Shown: positions 14,659 through 26,027 of the stretch, in pieces
How positions within the stretch are numbered: the stretch's first letter is position 1
Layout: each line of letters starts with the position of its first letter
Assembly (NCBI GenBank): GCA_045837725.1
Contig: JBEWZL010000048.1
Coordinates: 1-64,000 of the forward strand
Source of the DNA: Vermamoeba vermiformis
Lineage: Eukaryota
Direction of reading: 5' to 3'
DNA length: 64,000 bases
The notes under the pieces: model-generated
Database searches by the model: none
Seen by the model: only the letters and a program-made list of their open reading frames with translations
Told to the model about the DNA's origin: nothing
Position numbers and translations under genes: made by a program

Positions 14659-17600
14659 ATGGAACACTTTATTAAGGATATTAATGGGTATGAGAACGCT
14701 TCATCAACTCATGAACGCTCAAGCAAGCCTGAATCCAGAGGACTCGGTTCTGGCTATTCAATTTTGAGCCACGGATCTCGGAGCTCAATATCCTCGACAG
14801 GAAAACCAAAAAATGTACATTCAGCTTCGAACTTTTCGGATGGTAGCTGGAACAGCTTCGATAGCAGAGGTCAGATCACCGCTCCCACTTGTATTTTCAA
14901 GAACAAATTCAGAAATTATAAATCTCGTTATTTTGTAATTTATGTATAATACTATAATGAATTATTGGAAGATAATCACTGACAGTATCTTTCAACAGAT
15001 GAAGATCAAAAACATCAATTCATTTTCCCTTCGTTTGGCTTGTATAGCTTTAATGTCGATCGATTGGAATTTATCGAAAAATTAGGCGAAGGTAAATACA
15101 ATTTGACTTGCGGTTGATCCATTCATAATCTGATTTTTAACGAAAATAGGGGCATTTGGCGAAGTGTGGAAGGTGCGCGGAGATTACTCAATAATATATT
15201 ATCGATCATTAATAGTAATATGGGTCTAATTCAATAGGCGTATTACCAAGGAGAACTATTCGCCGTCAAAATATTGAAAGACAACAATAACAACAACATG
15301 TTCACCACCTATCAAAAAATATCCAGTGAAATTGCGTGGTAAGTGTTGTAGGCTGAATACATTATTCCATCGTGTGCTAAAACCGATCCGTTCAGTGCTC
15401 TTCCGCACATCAATGTCGTGCGTCACTATTCGCTGTGCTCGAAGAATTACCAGGAGTTCTTTTTGATCATGGAGTACGTGCCTCGCGGTGCATTGGCGAA
15501 CTTACTTAGAACTAGCAAGTGGGTACGTAATGCTTCAACTTCACTCCGCACAAGTGCTGCTAATGATGGACGAATATTATCAGCTGCGCGGAAATCTGGC
15601 GGTCAGATTGCGAATGGCTAAGCAAATTGCACGAGGAATGGCAAGTATTTGCAATGAAATTGTTTGTCGAGATTATTGCTGCTGACTGTTGTTCTAGTTT
15701 GCGCTGCATTCGACCAATCCCTCGATTATTCACCGTGATTTGAGGACGGCTAATATTCTCGTGGACAAAGACTACAACGTTAAAGTCGCTGATTTTGGTC
15801 TCTCGGTGCCCAACACACCTGAGAGCTTTGCCGCGCGAGGGCGGTGCGGCTACATTCGTTGCATTGCACCAGAAATCTTGACACGACGAGAATACAGTTC
15901 TAAGTCCGATGTATATAGCTATGCTATCCTATTATGGTATGAAATCTACTACCTTCTCGGTTTTTAACTGTGTTAACTCGTGCGCGTAGGGAACTTCTCA
16001 CATGCAAAGAACCATATGAAGGAGTGTCAATGCATGACATCCGCAAGATGATTATAGCAGATGTCAAGCCAGATATCGAAGAGATTAAGAGACTAAATGT
16101 AAGTCAGTTCAGTACGCGTAGCAGATCTGTTATTAACGCGTGTCAAATAGGTGACCGAGAAAATTGTCTCTTTAATCGAACAATGCTGGCATAAGGATCC
16201 AAACGTTCGTCCGTCCTTTGGTCAGATATTAGATACATTAGACGAGGTATTAATAAGACATATCATTGCTGACGTGCGAGTAACTCATGACGGTTGAGCA
16301 GATCTTGTGCGTGCCCTTGGACATTTTCGAAGCAGCAGAACGAGGCAAATTATCTCTCGTGCAAAAGAGGCTCGAGGCTTTATCTCGCAAAAAGCTTCAT
16401 TTGACAAATAAGAACACAAAGACCAGCTCTGAAAACGACGAGAAAGAAGCACTGCTGCCGCCCGATTTCAAAGCGTACACTGAGCCCAACAATGTACATA
16501 CGAACACCAATAACAGTAATGAGAAGTCTCACAAACTGGCGACGAGCTGGGGCAGTGTCGAAGATAATTTGCGCGGCTCGGCCAATGGACCTGAAATGTT
16601 CAAGTTGCAAGAGATTATTTCGGATCTGAATGGAGTAGTAGAGCGACAGTTGTTAGTAGCGAGAAGAAGAGCGTTGGCAGAGTCAGATTTGCATGGCAGA
16701 ACAGCTTTGGTAAGTCATTCTTTAGTTTTTCTTTGGATTTGAATCTGAGTTGTAGCGAAACGTCAAATTTATTTGAGCTAGTGCACAATTTACATTGCAC
16801 CAAGCCAAGTTATAGAAGTATATCAGACTTGGAAGCTTATGCTACGGATCTAACTCGGTTGCGAAATGACAAAGAAAGAATCCGTAAGGAAAGTAAAAAA
16901 ACCCGTAAAATAGGGCACTACTATTTCAAAAGAAATAGGTAAGCGTGTCATTATTCGCAGCGAGTAGATTTCGATCGCAAATAAGCTCCAGTCCAAATTT
17001 CTCGTTGGGTCGACATCTGGCTAGTTACTCTTGCGGAAAGCGCTTTTCGTACAGAGACCGCTTCTTAGCGCGACCCTTAGAGACCTTCTTCTTCTCTTGC
17101 TTGGGTACGTGAGGGGTAGCGAGCTTGACCTTGCCGGCCTTGTTGATGTTTCCGTGGCGAACTAAAGGCTGAAAGTTAGATGTGATCTGACTACTGTAGT
17201 AGGCGGTACAAGAGAGGCGTATTCTTACCCATTGTGCGTGTTGTGAAATGTGAGGATTTTAATGACTGAGTTGCTCTTTTAAATCCTCGGATCTGCGAAA
17301 TAAGCCAGATTGAACTTCGCCAAATTTTACGCAACGGAAATTTCACTTTAATAGTACTGGATCCGTTACTAACAATAACAAATGCAGATATACTCAGCGA
17401 TGCATGGATTCTATGATGTGGTAGAGTAAGTTAACTCTAAAAACGGATCTTGGATCTGACCATTGTCTTAGGTACTTGGTGGAGGTCGGAGCGTTTTTAG
17501 ATCAACAAGACGGAGACTTTAAGACCGCCCTTCACTACGCGGTGTTGAACAGTCGTGTGGACATTGTGCGATACATTTGCAAGTGTTTATTGCGTCGTCA

Positions 17601-19301
17601 ATCACTGCTCGCACCTCACGCCCAATCAGCGGCCTGGTACATCAATGTGCGCGACAGACAAGGCATGACACCACTACACTATGCCTGCATCAGAGGCAAT
17701 ACTGAGGTACACGACTCTTATAATCAAACAATATGTATTCTAATCCCGTCAGGTCATCAAAACGTTAATCGAATCTGGAGCCGATATTTATGGCCGCAAT
17801 AATCTGCAATTGACCTCGTTGCACTTGGCTTGCAGACACGGACTCGATCACGTTGTGGTGTTGCTACTCGAGACCGAACAAAAACAAATGTTGGCGGATC
17901 AGATCGTGCCTGAGTTGGTTCCCAAGATGGTTGGGGAACTCGAAGATTTCTTCAAAAAACGATTCAAAATCGACGAGAAGAGTCAAAACACAGACGAGTC
18001 GCATAAAAAAGACAAAAATCACGTGAAGAGCATGCGCAGCAATCAAAAGTTCAGCGAGCTGGTTAACTTTGTGGACCGAGACAGGCGATGTTGCTTGCAT
18101 TATTGTGCCTTTGGTGCAAAAGAAAACATCATTGAACTGCTGCTTCAATACGGAGCCGACGTCAACGTCAAAGACAGGGTAAGAAGATACAAGTGACTCT
18201 TATTATATGATCGAGACTGACGCGACAATCCCTCAGTATGGCATGTCCGCACTTCACTACGCCAGTTTTTTCGCGAACAAAAAGCTCGTTAAAGTGCTGT
18301 TGCAACAAGGAGCCAAGAACAACGAGTACTCGATCGATCTACTCGGCATTAGTCCCTTGCACTGCGCGTGTTTCTTCGGTGATCCCAACACGGTGGAAGC
18401 ACTCGCCAATGAGAACAACATTGACATGCAAGATGACGAGGGAAACACACCGCTTCACATTGCAGCTATGCACGGTCATCAAAAGGTACCAAGTTCAGTG
18501 ATTTAATATCGTCTAATAGCTATGCAGGTGACTTTGGTCCTGCTGCAAAAACGAGCAGATCCGTTCAGACTCGACAAAAAAGGCTTCAATTGTCTGCATC
18601 ACGCAGCAATGTCAGGCCACACAAGTGTCACGGAGATACTGTTGCAAGACGTCAAATCACTGTCCAAGCGTGTCATTCAGCACTACAATCCTCTCGAGTT
18701 GTTGGAGTCACGTGATCCCAATGGCATGACTGCGTTCCATTGGGCAGTGTACCAAGGACAGATTCAAACTGTTACATCGTTACTCGAGAAATATCCTCAG
18801 CTCGCTCACTCGCAAGATCTCAACGGCAACACGCCGTTTCATTGTGCGTGCGAACGAGGCAACGAACGCATTGCAATCATGCTGGCCGAGGCAGGAACTG
18901 ATCTATTTCAACGTAAGTAATATAATCACGTCAAGTCTATTATAACCTAGTATCCTCAGGTACTAACGATGGCACGACACCGTTGCACTACGCGGCGATG
19001 TCAGGCAATGTAAATATTGTAAAATTTTTAGTGGAAAGTGGTGCATTTGTAAATTGTTTAAACAGCGCCAAGTAAGTCACAACACATACTGCTCGCGACT
19101 GCAATACCTAATCTTCTGCCTAGACAAACTGCTCTACATGCTGCGTGCATTGGTGGCTCGGTCGAAGTAGTTGCGTATTTGTTGCTGCGATCAGCGGTGA
19201 TTATGCACGACTGCTATGGCCGTACGCCGTTGTCTTATGCGCTTGAATACAAACGCGATGGGATCATCTCGTATTTCATGAATAGAGCGCAGCGAAATTG
19301 A
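14659..19301 (+). CDS. Tyrosine kinase-like (TKL) protein kinase followed by many ankyrin repeats
   Basis: LGEGAFGEVWK, FAVK, HRDLRTAN, DFG, APE, SDVYSYAILLW and RPSF motifs; spliced in frame to TPLH/TALH ankyrin repeats (about 16300-19300); stop TGA at 19299-19301. Confidence 0.9.
17025..17232 (-). CDS. RPS30: 40S ribosomal protein S30 (eS30), 46 aa, two exons, nested antisense in an intron of the kinase-ankyrin gene
   Basis: ATG-G (17232-17229), GT-AG intron 17228-17162, exon 17161-17025 translate to MVRHGNINKAGKVKLATPHVPKQEKKKVSKGRAKKRSLYEKRFPQE*, matching the eS30 pattern HG.....GKV...TP...KQEKKK...GRAKKR..Y..RF. Confidence 0.88.
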
Positions 19302-19391
19302 GAATAAAAAACTCAATTCCCAACACAACACCATTGAACAACATAATTATATTTATTACCAATACTAATCTACACTAATACTCAAAACAAT

Positions 19392-22300
19392 CTAAAATAA
19401 GGTGGCCATCAAGCCGAGCACAAGGAACAACAATCCGACGTGACAAAGAGAGCCACTTGAGACGACTGGAGTGTTGCCCGAAGACGAAGGACTGCTGCCC
19501 GGGCCATTGCCGCTGTCGAAAGGACTCGCAGGAATGTCGTACTGCAGATTCACGCTGTAGCCAGGAATAGCCTCAATACCTAAATCACTGTTAGAATGCG
19601 CTTTTAATGACACTGCGGTTGACTTACTGGTCGTGTACGAAGCCAATTGGATGCCGTCAATGTAAGTCTCGAACAATGTAACTGATCCTCGTTGAGCAAT
19701 ATACATGCCAGACAAGTTGATGTCTTGCGGCCAGTTGAACTCTGACAGCGCGACACGAATGACAGACCAACGATCAGCAGTGGTCGGCTGCTCGTTACTG
19801 TAGACAGGACTGCTCAAATCGACACTGCCGAGGCCCATCGAAGTGCCGTTAGTGAGTCTGCCATTGAGTGACACGGAGAAGGTGCGTTGAGCATCCTTCG
19901 AGCCAATGCGAGCCTTGAACTCGAGATGAGTGTAGCCAGCGGCAATCGGATCAAAAGCGTTCTTCCACGAGTCAGTTTTGCCAATGTAGATGCCACCGTA
20001 AGAATTCAAATTGTTCAACTTGAGACTAACACTGCCATCGTAGTATTGATCCGTGGCAAAGTTGTACGCCAAGTTTGTGGAGACGTTCCAAGCGTTACGC
20101 CAGTTGTCATCGAAGATCACGTAGGCTACGGACAGAAAGGTCAGCAAATGGCCCAGGTAAGATGACTCAAACTTACGTTCTTTGCCAGTATTGGTCCAAA
20201 CCATTCTGCCATTGATCGGCAAGGGACCGTTCTTCTCGCACCAGTTCTCACGCTTGCTGTCGTCAGGTTGAGGAGTGAAGCTGCTCACAGATCCAGCATC
20301 GAACCCAGGGACCGCACAGTTGTTATTAGGGCACACGGCAGCGACGTTGTAAGCGTAATAATTGTTGGGATACGACAGACCTAATCACTCTTTAGCAACG
20401 CCCAAAATAACACTGGATGCTAGTACTTACCGTGGTACCATCTGAAGCTGTTGTCAGGGGTCTGGAGGTGGATCCACAACAGCTGTGCAGCGCTGTCAAA
20501 GTAATACGTCCACGTGCTAAGATCGTTCTTTGAGTTACCAGGCTTCACTTGCGCATTGTTGTACCAAGCTGTGATATTGAAAGTCGTGCCAGTAGGGAAT
20601 GGAATGGCCAACCGGATCCACTCGCCACCTTGCACGTTGCCCAATCTGAAGTCAAGCTTTGAAGGAGTCTTCAAGCCGTCATTGCCGAACATCAACAAGT
20701 GGTCGTAGTACATGCGAACATTTGTGATGTGTTCAATCACGGCCGTTATTTCAGTAGTTCCATTGGCATAGGCATAGCTGTCCTTTTGACGAGGGTCGAG
20801 AGTGACAGAAGCTCCGTCATACAAACGAGTCAAGCGACCCGTGATCTGTGAGCGAACGTAGTCGAGGGTGCCCGTGACAGAGTATTGCGGGGCATTGCCA
20901 TCGTCCACGTACAAGTTACGCAGAGGAATTTGGTTCGAAGGACAGTGATACGCGTTCCATTCGGGCTTGGGGACACAGCCAGGAAGTCTCAAATGATCGC
21001 CAAGACCAACAACCGCGGAACCGCAGTCTCCGGTGATAGAGCCATCCGAGTCAACGAGCGCAATGCCCTGTTCATTGTTAGTAAGTTAAAAACTCAAATA
21101 ACTGAAGCTAACGTACTTTCATAGCATTCTGTCCAGAACGGAAGATGGACTCTTGGAAGTAGACACGGTTCTGAACGTTGTTGAACTTCATGTTGAAGAA
21201 CTTGTTCGAAGGGGTCAGCACATTAGGACCATCAAGACCAGTGATAGCACCGCTCGGTCTATTCACATTACTCTTCGCGAAGTTGTAATTGTTGAAGTTG
21301 TAGAAGGTGATGTCGTTCCAGATCACACCACCTCCTGCATCGTAAGATTGGATGCCAAACAGAGCGCGAGCAAGTCCGCTGGTGTATGGGGCATACCGAC
21401 TGCGCCCTTCTTCAAAGTCATAGCGAGGATTACCAACGTTGTCAGTCTCACCAACAATCAGAGCACCTTGAATGACGTTGATGCCAGGGCAGTTAACGCC
21501 AACAGCATTGTCGGCAAGGCGTGCGTTGTGAATGATGAGGTTGTCGCCACGGCCCCAAATGCCATGATTTCTGCACTTGTACGCAGTGAACTCGACCACA
21601 ACGGCATCGTCAGGAGCGACACCTTGAATGACATTTTGAAGCGTAGTCAGATCAACAGTGCTTGGGTCAGTGAAATAGTTGGCCAAGATCATGTCGACGT
21701 CTCGTGGAGTGTAAGTCGAGAGCTCAGTGTCTCCTTGATTGTTGATCTGACCGTCATCAAAGAACAAGCCCGAGTCCGCGTTTGAGTGAGCTTTGTTGCG
21801 AATGAACAATCCAAGCTTGGAGTGACGAGGCCACCATTGGTACTTTGGATCTGATGCTGCAAAGCCGAGTGGATGAAGAGGCATTGCGAACCAGAAACCG
21901 AACTGACCTCCAACTGCAACGTTGCCGATGAAGTCGTTGGAAGGGTTCGTGATCCAGAACATTGCTGGTCTGTGAACGGATTAGAAAGCGCTTGGTAGGT
22001 ATCTGACACATACTGTTTATCGGCAGTGAGCAATTGGTCAAGAGCGTTAGCTTGAATGGCCAAGTTGAAGTACAGCTTGTTGTTGGTTTCATCAGCGTCT
22101 TCGATAAAGAAACAGTGACCAAGGCTGCATCGTAACAGTGTAGTTAGAAAGAGGAATGATAAGAAGCTGGGTTGGGACAATCAGACGTACGTGTTGAAGG
22201 CAACGTTGTTTTGGACCAACAAGTTCGAAGTACCGTGAAGTGTCAAGCAACGTTGGAACAAGTCGTGGAAGCTGCAATGCGACACTCTGCTCTCTGATTG

Positions 22301-23551
22301 GTCTCCTGCAACGTGATAATGGATTGGATAGCGTGCTTTGAGTCCTTTCTGACCCATGTTCGTCACTTCAACTCCATAGAATCGACCGTGACCTGACTCC
22401 ATAACCATCACGTGACCTCCCCTATCAACCCATGTTATTTGGCCGTTATTACAATGTGTTTGTACAGCAGTCTCGCGACTTACCATCCATCATTGGTATC
22501 GACGGTGCCACGAATGACAATGTTGCGAGTCAGCATTCCGACTTCGGCACGCATGTCGATTTTGTCGTTTCCATTGCCTTGCCAGAACGAGCCCCAGTGA
22601 CCGAACTTGAGAGGGTCATTGAACGAGATGGATCTATCATAGTTCGGAATTAGGTTCGTAAATTATACCTCTCTGAAGTTCTTGCTGATTACGTACCTTC
22701 CATCGATTGCTGAGATGGTTCGCACTTCAGACTGCGATACATTAGTACCCCAGTCATAGTCAGTGCTTGTGATAACAATCGAATCTCCAACATTCCTAAA
22801 TTTAAGAGTTTCAGAACGGAATGATTCGAGATATTGGAGGTCGTAGTATGACTCGGTATGATATTATACTGATGCTTACCATTGAACATCTTCAGCAACG
22901 GTGATGGTTGTGGCACCGAAATTGACGTTGCCGTTCAAGTTTGTCCAAGTCGGGCCACGTACTGTTCCCCACATGTCCAACAAGCCATCTGCCCATACTC
23001 CGAGGACTAGTCGTGCAAGATTTAGTTTGGTATATTTCCGTTGCATAAGAAACGCTCGTTCACCAAAAATGGATGGATCGTTCAGAAAATTTAAAAAGAT
23101 AAATCAGCGCACCAATACTGACCTTTGCTGCCGAATCCATTAGGATTCAAATTGAAGTCTTTGGTTCCGTGAAGAGTAATCGTGGATTTGGAATTATAAG
23201 TGCAATCCTCGTTACCTGGAGTTACCGTATTAGCTTCAAAATCTAATTGATATCGATGTTCTTACCGATCCATAAATGGCCACCACCGCGCACGTAGATG
23301 AAGTACGCATCTAAAGTAAGATCCTTCTCGTCAAAGATTAAGTCACCATAGATCTCGAGCAATTGCATGACAGGGGTTGATTCGTCGAGAAGTATTTTAA
23401 TCCCGCTCGGAATTGTAACATTTTGCATATCACCGGTTGGTTTACCGCTCCATGAAGACCAGCGGGTCAAATCTGACCGTTGGTGCGGGCAGTCTGCATT
23501 GGCGAGAGCTACAACGCAAAGAATAATACAAAGAGCTTTGGTTAGTTGCAT
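19392..23551 (-). CDS. G8-domain / beta-helix CEMIP-TMEM2-like surface protein, copy A, with a C-terminal CBM-like domain and probable GPI signal
   Basis: Signal peptide; G8 domain; ARYPIHYH...FQRCLTLHGT...GHCFFIED and FWITNPSNDFIGNVAVGG motifs; WIRLAIPFP...YYFDS..QLLWIHL; Ser/Pro linker and hydrophobic tail. Confidence 0.88.
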
Positions 23552-23680
23552 TGTATTCGCTTGGATTAGTAAAATTAAATTTTTAAAAAGTTAGAATTTA
23601 TTTATTTCACACGCGTCCGAATCCAGTTTTGGCAATTTGCAAAATCTTTTGGGTCAAGCTTACGTAAACTTATCTACAAA

Positions 23681-23734
23681 TCATTGAGCTTCAAAAGGCT
23701 TATATCTGCGATGAATATCATTGCGTGTAAAAGA
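23681..23734. promoter_or_regulatory. Conserved non-coding element, copy 1 (130-183 bp upstream of the G8-A ATG)
   Basis: 48/54 nt identical to 25861-25914. Confidence 0.6.
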
Positions 23735-24049
23735 GACCTTCAAGATCTGTAAAATCGAGTTGCGCCTTAGACTTGCCTTTTTCAGTCGCGACTTGAGTTT
23801 CTACACCCAGCCAAAACGCAAAATCTTTGTCAAGTTTATCCAAAGCATGAAAAGGCTTATGTAAACAGCACAAGAAATAATCGCGTTTGTGATCTCGTGA
23901 CCGTTGGTCGATTAAATTACATTTACATGTAATTTACATTCTAAAGGAATCCGCATCTTGGAATTATCAGACTTGACGCTACCACGCACTTGACCACTCT
24001 GGTGTATGATTGGCTCCGGAGAAAAGTCTTAGCGAAGGCAGCTTCAATT

Positions 24050-25740
24050 TTAATTGCATAAAAATACAAAGATTACGACAAAATACACCGCTGTGATGAA
24101 GACATTCTGTGAATTTGCACCTGAAGTCAGTCTGCTGGGAGTTGTGTTCGGACTGCTATTAGGTGCTGACGAAGGATTGGTCACACTTTGAGGAGTCGCT
24201 GACGGATTGTAGTCCTCTTCAGCCACGAGCAAGTGATACGGAACTCGTGCCACGAATATGTCCATTCTGTCAGACCTCATGTTTGAACTCCACAAAATGT
24301 ACTCGCCTGTGCGATCCAATACCGCTTTAGGTAATTTTCCGTAGGTAATTCCACCACCTGACGCATTCATGAATGACATGACTGGTGCCACGATGAGCAC
24401 ATCCAGACTCGCGTCCAGTCTGAAGCACAACACTTCGTTGTTCTTCGCCCTATCATTATCGAGTAAATTACTGCCACACATGAACTGATGCTCGTAAGGG
24501 ACCATGGCAGGGTCTTTGGCGTTGGTCCAAGAGAGATGCCCAGGACAGCCAGCTGAGTTAGCCCAACCTGATAAGCGGCATTAGTTCGTGTGCATAGCCA
24601 ATCGAGTACTAACTGTCGGTGTCGTAAACTATTGTCAGGTTTTCTCTCACAGCCCCGTCAATGATTGGTTGGAAATCGTATTTGTAATGTCTGCACCCGA
24701 CGGGAGCCCAGTTATCAGTAGCAACCAGTGTGCCAACGCCATTGTCGGAGTGCCCCGGGGCACCATCTTGATCCAGCATAGTGACGTGTGCACCAGTGTC
24801 TAGGTTGATGAATATGCCTTCGACATCGTGAGTTTGATCAATGTCCGCTTTAATCAACAAATATCGACCTGATTTGTCGATTTGACACTCATCAAAATTG
24901 GTGCTGACTTAAAAATGCAAGTTAGCTTATATAGTACTAAGAGGTCCACTTACATTGTGGTCCATCGAACAAGATGAACGAATTGTTGTGCGAAAAGTAG
25001 ACTGCACATCCTATTACACTATAATCAGCGCTTCTTCTCAGTGTCAATGAAAATCCTTTATCGTCCATGCTGCTGTGCAGTTGCCACGCGTACGTCTCCG
25101 CCATGAAGTCGGTCGTATCGAACACCACCGTTTCTTCAAGCGTCAAAATATCCTTCAATATTAACTTATTCCACTCAGGTCTGAAGAGGCGATTAAAAAG
25201 ATTTGAAACTTTGAATTGTAGACTACTCTACGCACATGAACATCTTGGTCGGCTGAGTGACGAGAAAAACCAAGTTTCGCATCCACCATACGCAAGGCCA
25301 CCCGTGTTATATATTGTGCCCATTTTCTTTACTGAGAGAATGGATTAGATGATATAAATAAATAAAAAAATTACCACATCTAATAATTAATGCGTACCTT
25401 CTTCGGTGGTTTTGTCGAGTGAAAACACTGTAGCCCTCGTTCCTCCTGTTACATTCAGAGCAGCAACAATATACATCGTATCTGAGCCTGCGTGGTTATT
25501 GATCTTGGCCCAGTAAGCATAACCATTAGCATCTACCGTCCCATCCGACTCGTCGGTAATTCTGTAGCCACGAGTGTTGTAGGGGGCAGGAAACGTGAAT
25601 GCTCCTCGTGTGTTTGGCAGGAATGAGAGGTCGAAGGTATCGCGACGAGTGGATTCGAGATTAGACTTTTCTATAAACCCTCCTGGAGCTGGAGCAGCAA
25701 GTGAAACTGCAAGAAGGCTCAAAAATAAGATAGCTTTCAT
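24050..25740 (-). CDS. Secreted, probably GPI-anchored uncharacterised protein (beta-propeller-like)
   Basis: Signal peptide MKAILFLSLLAVSLAAP; about 5 exons; FTFPAPYNT, DECQIDKSGRYLLIK and YILWSSNM motifs; Ser/Pro/Thr linker and hydrophobic C-terminus. Confidence 0.8.
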
Positions 25741-25860
25741 CTTCTTTCAGTAGAAAAAGTAAGTTTAGTAATTTTTGTACGGCGATTAGTGATTTACGCA
25801 TTATTACGGCGTTTTTTCCTTAAATGTAATTTTGGTGAATTCGAAAAATCGTTGTCAAGC

Positions 25861-25914
25861 TCATTGAGCATCAAAAGGCTTATATTTACAATCAATATCA
25901 TTGTGTGTAAAAGA
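25861..25914. promoter_or_regulatory. Conserved non-coding element, copy 2 (121-174 bp upstream of the propeller gene ATG)
   Basis: 48/54 nt identical to 23681-23734. Confidence 0.6.
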
Positions 25915-26027
25915 TCTAAACATCATTTGCGTCCCTTGGTCTTGCGGAACGTCTTTCATGACTCAAGCCTTTAATTGGACTTAGGACTTTAGGACTTTAT
26001 TACTCTACAAACTAATGTTATGACGCT

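Noticed and set aside
16733-16942. 69-aa plus-strand ORF inside the kinase-ankyrin intron
   Set aside because: Non-ATG start and no homology; the ankyrin repeat is continuous when it is skipped
21153-21785. Long plus-strand ORFs opposite the G8 genes (also 27741-28226) and opposite the propeller/stalk gene (59761-60456)
   Set aside because: Antisense shadows produced by the biased codon usage of the real minus-strand exons
25976-26001. Three short ggactt(t)a repeats
   Set aside because: Too short and low in complexity to interpret
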